Of a stretch of 64,000 nt of DNA, positions 46,701 to 57,399 are shown piece after piece. Position 1 is the first letter of the stretch. Each line of letters begins with the position of its first letter. The DNA lies in the NCBI GenBank assembly GCA_964106645.2, contig OZ067038.1. The stretch is one strand, 5' to 3'. The notes beneath the pieces are model-generated. The model was not told the DNA's origin and searched no databases. It saw only the letters and a list, made by a program, of their open reading frames with translations. Position numbers and translations under genes: made by a program. The DNA comes from Podarcis pityusensis. Lineage: Eukaryota.

Positions 46701-49700
46701 TTCTCATGACCTTTCCCACCCACACAGTTTTATTACGTATTGATAGCAAGCTGGGGAAAGAGACCAGGTCTCTGTGTTGTGGGATAAGTATTCTGTCTGG
46801 GAATAAACAACTCCTTTGTATCTTTGTTAAAAAGACATTTATGAAGTTTCCAACTGTTTTTGTGTCTTGAAGGGTCTTGATTCTTCACCTGAAACGGTAC
46901 AGCTTCAATGTGGCACACTCCCTCAATCACAAAGTTGGACAGCAAGTGGTTATACCAAGATTTTTAACCCTGCAGTCACACTGTACAGAAAGCACAAGGT
47001 CCCCACTTAATCTGGGGTGGAGTGCACAGTCAGCAATGTAAGCTACGCCTTTTATTCCTCCTTTACCTACAAGCCTACAAACATCTTTGAAAAACTTCAT
47101 GATAGATACTTTTCTTTAGGAAAAGGTTGTGATCATTTCCTTTTTATATTGCGTTTGACCAACTTGATCTTAGAGGTTTGACTCAGTTGTCCTGTTCTGC
47201 AGGTCGTTCTCGCTGGTCTGTGACTTCCAGGGCATAACAAGGAACTTGAATAAAGTTAATTGAGGGTGCTAGTGGGGGATTGCTTAAGAATGAGGATAAC
47301 TATAAAGTGTACATTTGGAAAAATGAGTTAGACAGGAACAGGCTTCAGCAGTGCCCTACTGAGAACCATTGCAAAAAGTGTAAAGGGATAAGGTATTTTA
47401 ACATATATTTTGTAGCATTGTATTGTTAATCCAGTGCAAAGGTTTCTTGTCACATTTTTTTAAAGATATAGACTAGAGTTTGGGGTCACCGTCAGAATGG
47501 TCATGCATAGTTGGCTTTCAAATGTCATACAGTAAACACCTGCTTTTGTTTTAATTAGCTCTCGACCACTGAAAGTATCCCAAATGGTGAATTCCTGTTC
47601 TGCCAGCATTTTCACGCCCTGTCGGTAAGTAACAGGTTTACATGGCTATGGAACCTGCAGTGAATAAGTATACAAAAACAACCCTGATTCTCCTCACTTT
47701 TTTATTGTACATCCTTGCTTTTATAATCAGATTAATTCTGTGTGGGGATTAGCGAGCAGGCTGAAGCATGTTGGACATTTGGTAGCTATATTTTCTCCAC
47801 TTGGTTAAATTGTAGATAAAAGTAATATTTTACTGCTGTAGCTGTTTCAAGCTAAGACCCTGTCTGAAGCAATCCCAATTGTCTGACAAATTGTTTCTCC
47901 TCTCTGTGGGAATGAGCCATGTTCCTCTTCGCCCCTCCCAAATGCACCTGGCTTCAGCAAAACATTTTGGTTTCTTAATGCACAGTTTTCCAAGCCGACT
48001 GACCCAGCTCATTTCATATTCATAATGACAATTGAAAAGGATGTGTCATGTATTTTATATGGGTTACACTGAAATAGTAAATTTTAGCATGAAGCATTCT
48101 ATGAGCAGATCCACACCGTACACCTAAAGCATGTTTACTGCGCATGGCTTCCCCCAACAATCCTGGGAACTGTAGTTTGTTAAGGGTGTTTGGACTTTTA
48201 GCTCTGTTTGTGAGGGAGGAATTACAGTGGATTCTTTGGGGAAGGTCATTTGCTTTACACGTATGATGTGGATTTGCCCTGTGTATATTATATCCGAACC
48301 AGTTCAAAATTGCTGAGCTGGTTACCAAACCATTTTTTAAAAAGTTGTTGAGTGACCACCATCAACCATTAGTGACTTGGAAAATGCCATTGAACCAGAC
48401 GGAAGTTTGTAATCTTGGTGCTCAAGAGCTGCAGGAATACTAATCCTTACCTTGTGCAGAACATTCTAAATGTGGATTAAGAAATTTTTAATATCTTATT
48501 GTTAAGGGTCGATGTTACCTGAATTGTAGAATTGCTGTAGGTTGGTGGATTTATTTGAATTCGTGTATTAAAACTGTATAGCTGTTATGTGAAACCTCCT
48601 TTTTTAACCTGATGTTATTTGTCCCTTCAAAGGTAAGGAATAAAGGTTCTGTGTTTACTTTTCAGAAAGTACTCGTTCAAGTTTAAATGTCCTAATCTAA
48701 GCACCCTGGATTCAGACAGTGAAGATGAACCGCTGAAACGTCCCGTTGCAAACAGCCAAAAACAATGTGATTTCCAAAGCAGGGAACAGCAACGAGAAGA
48801 ACTAGAGAAAGTAAGGAGAGGGTTAGGGGCAGGGGAAGCAAACACGCTCTGTGACCTGTCTTCCCCAATCTAGTACTCTGTTACCTGTCTTCCCCAATCT
48901 AGTGCTCTTCATATACTTTGGGCCACAACTTCCATCGGCCCCAGCCAATATAGCCTAGTTGGGGGAGCTAGAAGTTGGAATACAAAACAACTAGAGGACA
49001 TCAGATTGAGGAAAGCTGCTTTATTGCCCATAAGCAAAGCTGATGATTGAGAAGACAGGAATAGGGAAAAGTGTGCTCTCGCTCTGCCTGTCTCTGTGTG
49101 GGTGTGCACAACTGTGAAAAGCTATGGCGGGTGCCAGCCCAGTTGGGAACAAATGGCATTAAAGCCTGAAGAGGAATGAACAATCCAGGTCCATAAAACG
49201 TGGTTCACATTGCCAGACATCTCATTGCTGGTACTTTCTGGCTCTTTTACACATTCTTCTTTTCATCTTGATCTGCTTTGTGTGGAGAGATTTTCAAACA
49301 TTTGAAGTGGCTCGTGGACTGGTGTAAATACTAGAGTAGTTCCAAATAGCCATAAGTTGGTGTGGACATGCACTGAAAAGATACACTTGCAGTGTATGCA
49401 GCAATGCATCAGGTGGTAACAAATGGAGAAGCCCTTCTCAGGGCGTAACTGTGCCTCTTCAGTCCTGAAAACCCGACACTTGTAGATCTGGTGATCAGAG
49501 ACAGTTTTGGCTCTCAAGAAAATGTCGCACTAGTTTTGTGAGTGGTTAGCTCAGCCTCTGTGGTAGTCATACATACCCAAACCATTGTGCCTTTATCACC
49601 TGCAGGGTTCAAAGAAAATCAAAACAGAGAGTGATAAGGCTTCAGAGCCAACAAATGCTGGTTTTGATGGAATGAGTGAGGAGGAACTTCTAGCAGCAGT

Positions 49701-52700
49701 CCTGGAAATCAGTAAGAGGGAAACATCACTGTCGCTGAGCCATGATGAAGACAAGCCCACAAATAGTCCAGACACTGGCTTTGGAGATGATGAGCTGCAG
49801 GAATTGCCAGATCATATGGAACCTATGGATGTGGAGAAGCCCAAAGCACTTGCAGAGCCAGGTAAAAGTAACATTTCAAACAGTTTTTTTAAAATAATAT
49901 CATTTTTCTACATTTTGAAATCATTTTACAAACTTTAAAATATCCAGTGACTTCCCTTCTTCTCCTTCCATGGTTCATATTATATATAATACTTTCCTGC
50001 ATATTTTACTATAACCATTCAAATCAATTTTCCACTTTTACATTGATCAAATATTGTTTGTTGAATTTATCTTCATGCTGCCAGCGTTTTCAGCTGTGTA
50101 CAATTATTTTCCATATATTCAGTAAACATTTTCCACTCTTCTTTAAATAAAATCCTTTATTATTTTATTCACATAATATACATTCTTTACAGCAAACAAC
50201 TCCAAAATAAGCAGACAACCTTTCTAAAAAAAATTTAACTGCTCATCCATGTTTTTGACCAACATTTTAGTTTTGTCTGAATTTATTTTAAACCTGCCAC
50301 TTGTCCAAACCTTTTAATTTCTTCTAGCGGTTTGGGAACGCTCTCCAATGGTTGTTTCAATGTTAACACCACATCATCAGCGAATGCCCTTAATTTATAG
50401 ACTCTACATCCCACTTCAATACCTTTCATTTCTCCTTATATTCTCAAGCAGTATTTCTGACATCAAGATAAATAACAATGGAGATAGGGGACAACTTTGT
50501 CTGGTTCTTTTTCTTACTTGACATTTGTCTGAGAGAATATTATTTACTAATATGATGAGAGTTACCTGTAGCTCCATAAATCTATTCTGTTCTCTGGAGC
50601 AGATTTGGGGAGGGCACAGGGAGAGGAAGTAGAAGGTTTTTTTTATGCAAACACAAATCCTTGCAGTAACAGAAGCATTTTGGATACTGTCCTATGTTGA
50701 TCTTTTTACATGTAAAAATATGGCTATCCATTTTAAGTTCCACTTTTATTATAAAAATAAGCATAGGTTACTTAACTGTGTTGGCTTATAATTGGAAAGG
50801 GAAAAGAAGACACAAAGAAGACAACCCATGTGGAGAATCATGCAAAAATTGTCTTCTATTTCTCTTCATTCTTAGAAACTTAATGTAAAAATAAAAAATG
50901 GGAATAGCAAATTAAATCAGAAGTCCAGAAAGGCAAAATTTAGGACGAGCTTGGTTTCTCATGCTGCATATTTCAGGCACATAGGTGCAAATAATCTTTG
51001 CTCAGTGTGATTTTTTTTTAAAGGTGTACAATAAAATACTTAATACTACTCATTTTTAAAGGCTTGATCAAGTGGGAAAATGTTCTTCACTGCAGAAAAC
51101 ACTCCCCCCCCTTGACAGAATTCATCCTGAAATACCAGTAGATGTCACTCTGCTCCTGAGACTTGAGTAGAATGAAAAGGACTTAGCTGGTGACCACCAA
51201 GAAAAGTTCCCCCTGCAACTGCTGCTAAAAACAAAATTAAAGCATCAACGTGGTATTTTTGTTTCCATAGGTTTTGCCAACTTCCCCGAGATAACTAAAG
51301 ATTTTGATGAGAATAAGGAAAATAAAACTCCGGAAGGCACTCAAGGGGAGGTTGATTGGCTGCAACAGTATGACATGGAGCGAGAAAGAGAGGAACAGGA
51401 GCTACAGCAGGCTTTGGCTCAGAGCCTCCAAGAACAAGTAAGAGCCAATGCTCTTTCACAAGCACTTGGAAATCAAAACAGCCAACCAGAGATTCCTTCT
51501 CTGGTGATAGGAAATCACAGGGAACAGTTAGTGTCTCCTTTAAGAAGACGTATAAGAGGGGTTATTTTAGCCTGCTCCATAACATGGTACAAGAGACCTT
51601 TGTTTACTAATCTTTGGCGGGGGGTGGGGAGCATTGAAGAGCTTTTGTAAAGTTGGATTTGAAAGCTTTCATGAATACTTTCAAACTGATGAGCTGAATA
51701 GGCACAGTAGTGTTTAGGGAAGCTTTTAATGTTTGATGCATTACTGTATTTTAATATTTTGTTGGAAGCCGCCCACAGTGGCTGTGGAAGCACAGCCAGA
51801 TGGGCAGGATATAAATAATAAATTATTATTATTATTATAGTCATTGGGAATTATTGTGAATTATGAGGGGAAATACCCTAAAAATAAAAGGGTTTGTCTT
51901 ATAACTGCCCTGATTGAAGTAAGTGAGAGGGCTTTTGGGGAATACAGAGCCACCTACCGATGAAATCTGTTTTTTGTTAAGCTGCAAGCACTGATACTCT
52001 TAGAATTCTTCTTAAATGCAGTAGATTTTTCCATTCTTCATTAATGGCTTGTGTCCTCATTTAGCTTTAGGCAGAGAGTAGCATACGTTTTGCTACATTG
52101 TGGGAAATTTTGTTCAAAACTATTGTGCTTTGCAAGCAGTTCACATTCATTTCAAGACTTTTCAAAAGAAAAGCTGTAGAGAGCTTGTTGTGGCACTTGG
52201 GGACTTGCTGTGTTGCATACCAAACTTGAGCAACTTAAACAACCTTTTAATTAAAGCTGGCCCCGTGGAACATTTGGGCTCTGGCTGGTCTCAAACGTGC
52301 CTGCACAGGGAATTAGGTTTGTTGCAGAAACTGGAGTTGCATAGTTCTCAGTGGCAGTAACAGAACCTATAAAAAGAACAGGAAGTGTCTCAGTGAACTA
52401 AGTTTGGTTCTCTACCCCAGCAGGAGGCGCGGGAACAAAAAGAAGATGATGACCTTAAACGAGCCACTGAATTAAGTCTGCAAGGTGAGATGTACAGGAG
52501 AAAATAGGGATGAGTTTTCATATCATTCCACAATTGCTCACAGTACTTGAAAGGAAGCTGGTATTTTGTTCTTTGCCTCATTTGTATTACTTTGTGCTCT
52601 AGTCCTTCCAGTTTAGGTTCAATATAAAAGCACATTCAGCTGGTAAACTCTGAAACACAACATGCAGATCAGTGGAATTGTTTTATTATTCTTTCTTTTT

Positions 52701-55700
52701 TTCTTCCCTTGAAATTCCTCATTTTCTGTCAGAGAATCCTCATTAAGTTCACATTCCAATTTCATTTTCTGCAATTTTTTGGCAGCAACTCTGCTTAAAA
52801 GCCTTTGTAAAAAGTAAATGGTTTAAGCTCTCCCCCAAGTGAGTTTTCTTTGCCTTCCAATGAATACAACGGGGGGAAATGTGTTTGTTTGGTAGACAGT
52901 TACAGGACATAAAGGAATTGACTCATATCATTGCTGCATGAAAGCACAGATAGTTAAGAGATGCAAAGTACTGGTTTTCTACTGAAGGCTTTTGCTACTA
53001 GAGAGAGGTAGATACAATGCTGGTAGGATTTGTGGGCGTAGCAGAATGCTCTATAGGCAATCATAGCTTGTTTTCTGTGGTTCCTTCTCCCTTTCAGTTT
53101 GTTCTGCTGACCAACTGTACTGTGCCTTGTATGTAGGCTGATCTGTGATCCACCAATCCTGACCTGTCTTACCGAGTCAGTGGTAAAAATGTGAATGTCA
53201 AATTTCCAAATCTGTAAAACTTAACAACATGGGGTTTAATCCTGGTTTAGGTGATCGACAGCAAAAGCTATGACAAGTGGCATAACTTTCATATGCAAGT
53301 AATTAACTCAAAGCAGAACTTTTTTATTTAGCAGTAAGCAGAGTTGGCTTCACAGTATTATTATTGCGATGATGGTGGTGGTGGTGATAGTTCTGTGAAA
53401 ACTAAAGCGGAAATGTTACAGAACCTCAAAGCTTAAAATTTCCCGCTACTTAGAAAAAGTTGCATGTATTTTGCTCAGTCCGGCAACTATTAAATTTCTA
53501 TATTTTGATCACTTCTTGCCATGAGCTAAGAGGCAAGATGCTAGCACACTAGTTGCATTCCACCTTTTAACTGGAGCAGCAACATTTGAGAGCAGTACCT
53601 CAACGAAGCCTTAAAAGGATGTTTCTTTGCATAAAATTGAAAATACAGAAACTATTTGCTGTGTGTATATAGAATATTTACTTGATGCCCATTATTACAG
53701 TGCTTTATTTAGCAAAGGAGAGGGAAATATTTTGGATAAATGGTGTGCTGGTATATTGTCAGTTTTGTGATATGCTTATGATCAAGGGTCTTACACAGTA
53801 TCATTTTCATGGTGTTTAGAGTTTAACAGCTCTCTTCTGGACAGCCTTGGCTCTGATGAGGACTCTGGGAATGAGGATGTTCTGGACATGGAGTACTCAG
53901 AAGCAGAAGCTGAGGAATTGAAAAGAAATGCTGAGGTGATGGTCTGGGCTATTGGGACTAGCTCCCATTTTATTACCATACGTGGAGTAAAAGCATATAT
54001 AAATGCTTACGGGGAGCTTTTCTGTTTTGATGGTTCAGGTTGTTTGGTATGATATCCTTAGCTATCTTTGAGACTGTTTGTAAAGTTCTCTCAGTGGGTG
54101 GTGTTTGAGACTTGGGTTCAAATGCCTGCCTCATCATTTGGATGAGTTACTCTTCCTCTTGGAGATGAGGGTGGAGAAATAGTGATTTCCCTTTAGGGAG
54201 AAGGATGGAGTGGGGGAAATGCACATCTTGATTTGTTGGCTAAGCAGGGGTGGGGGGACTTGTGGCCTTGTATAGATTGTTGAACTCCAGTTCCTATCAG
54301 CTCTAGCCAGCATGACCAGTGGTCAGAAACTAAGGGAGCTGTAGTGTAGCAATGTCTGGAGGACCACAGGCTCTGCACCCCTGGGTTAATTAAGCTGGTA
54401 TTTCATGCAGCACAGTAATTACATTATTGGTAAGATAAGTTTCTTAATTGTGAAGTAATCATACAAGCACCTGTTTAGTATTATGTTGAAGTTTTGTTTT
54501 GTTTGTTTGCTGTATAAATTGAAAAGGTTATTTTTATACTCAAAGGAAAAGGTTTTACAAGCCCTTCAACCTGCATTCCTAAAACCCAATTTTTAACATA
54601 GTGAAGTGTGACAGTAACTAGCCTTCCCTTTTAGAGAATGCAGGCAAACAATTATTTTTCCACTGTTCCTTCATACATCTTGAATATTGTTGTAGAGATG
54701 TTTGAGACAGTCTTCTTCCTCACAATTTTCTGGCTATTGTGCCTGTTGTATTCTGTTGATGTTTCAGAATAGTTTCTTTGTGCTGTCTCTCCCCCTGCTG
54801 GTTTACACATGCCCTCTAGGAAATCTTCCTGTTAGTGCATTGTAGGCTGTGACCTAGGTAAGGTCAGTAAGGTCAGAGTTTCCGTACTGAGCCTTTTGGA
54901 GCTCTGCATTGGCGCATTGTTGGCATTCCAGTTTCTGGGGTTTTAACAATGATGAGAGCTAGTTTAAAAATGAGAGGAAGTTAAGGCTGTATGTTCTCTG
55001 CTCCTGAGTTACCCGTAAGCTTTGACCTGAGCAAATTAGCAATATTTCAAAAGGTTTGCTCCAGTGTTTGGCGCAATAAAGATTTTATGGTAGCTAAACC
55101 ATAATCTACCTACCTTTCTCAGTCTGGTAGAAGAGCAAACTTAAACTAATAATTGACTTTTTCCTCAGACAGGAGAGCTGCCCAACTCCTATCGACTCAT
55201 TAGTGTTGTCAGCCATATTGGAGACACTTCCTCCTCAGGTAAGGCAAACATCACTTCCTTGATAGCTCTGCTCTCTACAGGAAAAGTGTGTCTCTTGTGT
55301 TTTTTCAGCAACCAAAACCACAAGGGAAAAAGAAGAAGATTGTTAATATTTCATTTTGTGTGCTTGGGGGAAAAAATCAGTTTTCTCAGAACCAACAGGG
55401 TTGTTGCCTAAATTCAGCAATTCAGTTAAGCTCACTGAAGCCCATAGAAATAATTATCCAAGAGAAACCAGCTATTTTAAGTGGAATTCATCTTGCTAGT
55501 TTAAATCAATCATTTTCAAAATAGCAAAATGCAGTTTGTACTAGGGAGTGTTATTGTCTTTCAGTTTATTAATTAATAAACAAATTGGCTTGAAAATACT
55601 TCTGATACTTAATGTAGTCTGGAAGCTACAGTCTATGGTGTTCTAATATTTTCTTTCTCTCTCTACCCCATCATATTGAAGGTCACTATATTAGTGATGT

Positions 55701-56050
55701 GTATGACATTCGCAAGCAAGTATGGTTCACATACAATGACTTGGAAGTATCCAGAACTCAAGAAGCCTCTGTGCAGAGTGACAGAGACCGGAGTGGCTAC
55801 ATCTTCTTTTATATGCACAAGTAAATGTACTTTATGTGTCCTCCCCAAATGGTCCAATCCTTTTTTATTTGCATTTGCATTTCCTACCCCTGCTCTACAG
55901 CTTTGCTTCCCCATTAAAAGCTTTCCTTCTTCTTTGATGTGAACCTCTTTTGTGTTTCCCAGGGAGATATTTGATGAGTTGCTAGAAACGGAAAAGAATA
56001 TGCAGCTGCCTTGCACGGAGGTGGGGAAGCCAGTTCGGCAGCCCATTTGA
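31554..56050 (+). CDS. USP37: Ubiquitin carboxyl-terminal hydrolase 37, complete spliced CDS, 23 coding exons, 984 aa
   Basis: Exons sum to 2955 nt with consistent phases. N-terminal PH-like domain (MAPLKLRGTIRLRS...), Cys box GFTNLGNTCYMNAILQ, CxxC zinc-ribbon pairs, three UIMs, DSGNED degron, His box GHYISDVYD, stop TGA at 56048-56050. Confidence 0.97.
31901..32142. mobile_element. Tc1/mariner/pogo-type MITE, family A copy 2 (opposite orientation to copy 1)
   Basis: CAGTGGTACCTC...GAGGTACCACTG; closely similar to the reverse complement of 4762-4979. Confidence 0.85.
32999..33167 (+). CDS. USP37: USP37 coding exon 2 (LNHNIKNV...GVHT)
   Basis: 169 nt, AG/GT. Confidence 0.94.
33334..33431 (+). 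CDS. USP37: USP37 coding exon 3 (VKSSQGSGSFG...IENQ)
   Basis: 98 nt, AG/GT. Confidence 0.93.
34754..34935 (+). CDS. USP37: USP37 coding exon 4 (TPSKK...RKVLGNPGR...GLLENR)
   Basis: 182 nt, AG/GT. Confidence 0.92.
35206..35277 (+). CDS. USP37: USP37 coding exon 5 (ERRKR...YPKENDSS)
   Basis: 72 nt, AG/GT, KEN motif. Confidence 0.92.
35370..35431. repeat. 31-bp perfect tandem duplication
   Basis: AATGCCTTGCAAACATGAAGCACTTGAAAAT x2. Confidence 0.9.
36765..37365. mobile_element. Family A-related MITE interrupted by a nested MITE
   Basis: TA|CAGTGGTACC...GGTTCCACTG|TA; colinear with copy 1 once 36791-37149 is removed. Confidence 0.8.
36791..37147. mobile_element. Nested Tc1/mariner-type MITE, family B
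   Basis: TA|CAGTGGTGCC...GGCACCACTG|TA; repeated subterminal GCAAGACGAA units and internal CCGCTAA repeats. Confidence 0.85.
37478..37575 (+). CDS. USP37: USP37 coding exon 6 (NNKAMTDPARK...ENRTS)
   Basis: 98 nt, AG/GT. Confidence 0.93.
38604..38688 (+). CDS. USP37: USP37 coding exon 7 (VLPLQSSSFYGSR...NLDR)
   Basis: 85 nt, AG/GT. Confidence 0.93.
38898..39263 (+). mobile_element. Putative solo LTR
   Basis: TGTCC...GGACA inverted ends, internal AATAAA near 39136, more CpG than flanks; no convincing TSD. Confidence 0.4.
39793..39871 (+). mobile_element. CR1 LINE 3' terminus
   Basis: GGATTGGACTAGATGACCCTTAGGGTCTCTTCCAGCTCTACAATTCTTTGATTCTATGA, the canonical CR1 end with ATTCTRTG repeats. 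Confidence 0.8.
40733..40894 (+). CDS. USP37: USP37 coding exon 8 (TNLLNQTPSAKRSLGFL...QLQG)
   Basis: 162 nt, AG/GT. Confidence 0.94.
41197..41351. mobile_element. pogo/Tigger-type MITE
   Basis: TA|CCATATTTTT...AAAAATACGG|TA with an internal AAATTAGGGGGCGTC motif. Confidence 0.7.
41942..42190. mobile_element. Non-autonomous hAT (Charlie-like) element
   Basis: GGTAGGCAAACTAAGGCCC...GGACCGGCCCCCTGCTGAAAAAG.TTGCTGACC termini, typical of squamate hAT elements. Confidence 0.7.
42264..42395 (+). CDS. USP37: USP37 coding exon 9, catalytic Cys box (FTNLGNTCYMNAILQ...)
   Basis: 132 nt, AG/GT. Confidence 0.96.
42950..43073 (+). CDS. USP37: USP37 coding exon 10 (RFTHLLAKK...SGYMQN)
   Basis: 124 nt, AG/GT. 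Confidence 0.95.
43678..43883 (+). CDS. USP37: USP37 coding exon 11 (DAHEFLSQCLDQL...IICK)
   Basis: 206 nt, AG/GT. Confidence 0.95.
44636..44753 (+). CDS. USP37: USP37 coding exon 12 (CGETVTKREQF...DLFFR)
   Basis: 118 nt, AG/GT. Confidence 0.95.
46329..46408 (+). CDS. USP37: USP37 coding exon 13 (AEEIEYSCEKC...RFPR)
   Basis: 80 nt, AG/GT. Confidence 0.95.
46873..47037 (+). CDS. USP37: USP37 coding exon 14 (VLILHLKRYSF...WSAQSA)
   Basis: 165 nt, AG/GT. Confidence 0.95.
47559..47624 (+). CDS. USP37: USP37 coding exon 15 (SRPLKVSQMVNSCSASIFTPCR)
   Basis: 66 nt, AG/GT. Confidence 0.93.
48666..48810 (+). CDS. USP37: USP37 coding exon 16 (KYSFK...LDSDSEDE...ELEK)
   Basis: 145 nt, AG/GT. Confidence 0.93.
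49606..49861 (+). CDS. USP37: USP37 coding exon 17, UIM1 (SEEELLAAVLEISKR)
   Basis: 256 nt, AG/GT. Confidence 0.95.
49885..50555 (-). mobile_element. L1-like LINE fragments (RT core and 3' end), antisense in a USP37 intron
   Basis: Minus strand RTRQSCPLSPLLFIL...YKLRAFADDVVL...FGQVAGLK (50245-50555) and FKEEWKMFTEYM...LAA* plus 3' UTR (49885-50150). Confidence 0.8.
51271..51437 (+). CDS. USP37: USP37 coding exon 18, KEN box and UIM2 (EEQELQQALAQSLQEQ)
   Basis: 167 nt, AG/GT. Confidence 0.95.
51715..51838 (+). mobile_element. LINE/SINE 3' tail fragment (related copy at about 25700-25805)
   Basis: GAAGCCGCCCACAGTGGCTG...AGATGGGCAGGATATAAATAATAAATTATTATT. Confidence 0.6.
52424..52484 (+). CDS. 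USP37: USP37 coding exon 19, UIM3 (EAREQKEDDDLKRATELSLQ); alternative start 52421
   Basis: 61 or 64 nt, CAGCAG tandem acceptor. Confidence 0.92.
53820..53935 (+). CDS. USP37: USP37 coding exon 20 (FNSSLLDSLGSDEDSGNED...KRNAE)
   Basis: 116 nt, AG/GT. Confidence 0.95.
54245..54383. mobile_element. Short palindromic hAT-like MITE (family D); related copies near 925-1050, 11935-12035, 12690-12770, 18695-18830, 39682-39905, 48920-48990 and 63685-63790
   Basis: CAGGGGTG...TGTGGCC...ACT.CA..TCC...GGGAG.TGTAGT...CTGGAGG.CCACAGG...CCCCTG inverted structure recurring across the window. Confidence 0.7.
55169..55238 (+). CDS. USP37: USP37 coding exon 21 (TGELPNSYRLISVVSHIG...)
   Basis: 70 nt, AG/GT. 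Confidence 0.95.
55682..55820 (+). CDS. USP37: USP37 coding exon 22, His box (GHYISDVYD...WFTYND...GYIFFYMHK)
   Basis: 139 nt, AG/GT. Confidence 0.96.
55963..56050 (+). CDS. USP37: USP37 terminal coding exon (EIFDELLETEKN...RQPI*)
   Basis: 88 nt to TGA. Confidence 0.94.
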
Positions 56051-57026
56051 AAAACGTCGCTTTAACTGAGCACAAGTGATTTCTGAACTTTTGCCTGACA
56101 TGCAAGAGCCACAAACCCCCGAGAACTCAGGGCGTAGTTGAGACAACCCCATGGAATAGGAGGAATGGACCACTTCACGCCTTCCTTTTGAATTTCAACC
56201 ATGCAGCTAAGCTTCTTTTACCTGGAGTTTCCTTCTTATTCTTTTGTTTTAAATAGTCAAGAAATAATTGTGCCAGCAGCCATGGTGTTAATCAGGCCAG
56301 AGGATTTAATGGCTCCTTCAAAAACTCATAAAAGGATGGTGTGAGAAGCGACTTCAAGTTCGCCCATTTACCTCTCACAGGGAAACTGAGAAGATGCTAC
56401 ATATTGGGTGGTTTTCTATGCCTTCCCTACACGAGAGCAAAATAAGCAATAGTCTCAAATCTGGTAAATATTGTGTACATAACGTGAATTGGAAAGTGCT
56501 GAAGGCTGACTCAGCTAAAGGCTGACCCTGGCATTGCTGAAACTGGGACACCCATGGTCTTTAATACAGGATCACACAGATCCAGGAAACAAACTGTCGG
56601 TGCTTTGGAACCCATGGATTACATCTTCACATAGTTCACTTTCGTCCTTGTTTTTAAAGTTAAAATATATACTATATAAATATATATATATATATAATTT
56701 TTAAAGTTTTTATTCTTTTTTGACTGTGTTCTTTTCTAAGTACTGCCGTTTGCAGAAAGGTTTTATTTCTCTGTGAGCATTTGTGTGTATAATCTGTATT
56801 AGTCTGTGTATATATATCTAGATATATATTAGCTGTGTTTCACTGAAGACTGTCCCGGTTTGGCAATGAGAGAGGCAGCTAACTGGAAGTGCAAGTCCTG
56901 GCTTTTGGCAGGGCTTTTTTTACCAGTGCCCAGCTAGTGCTAATCAGTAAATGAAGCACGAACGAGAGTTCTGTTTTCCCTGTGTTTGTGTTGGCTTTCA
57001 GCCCTGAAAAACTGCACATGCTTGAA

Positions 57027-57028
<2 letters not shown>

Positions 57029-57069
<41 letters not shown>
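57029..57069. repeat. (GT)20 microsatellite in the USP37 3' UTR
   Basis: direct reading. Confidence 0.95.
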
Positions 57070-57070
<1 letters not shown>

Positions 57071-57399
57071 TATCCCAGCTTTACTCTGTTGGGCAAGAGT
57101 TGTATGCCAACAGATGAAATATTAAAATGTACCTGGATTTATTCTAATTGTGTGGTAAGTGCAGTTAAATCAGTTGAAAAAATCAGAGAACTCTCAAAAG
57201 TGGTTATTTGATGTTTTTGAGACATTTCAGGGTGTAGATGTTAGGGTTTGGTTATTTAATAGTATTTGGATAACACTAAATTCATTTTGTAGCTTGTTTG
57301 ACAAAAAGGATGAACAAGAAAAATACTATCTAGAATTAATTTGTTTCAGTTCCTCATTTTAATACTGGAAATTTATTCCAGTTTTTTCACTTTTGTGGC

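Noticed and set aside
31710-55962. Possible U12-type introns, e.g. the donor GTACCT
   Set aside because: No GTATCCTT/ATATCCTT donors at the real junctions of USP37, CNOT9 or VIL1; all fit U2-type GT-AG.
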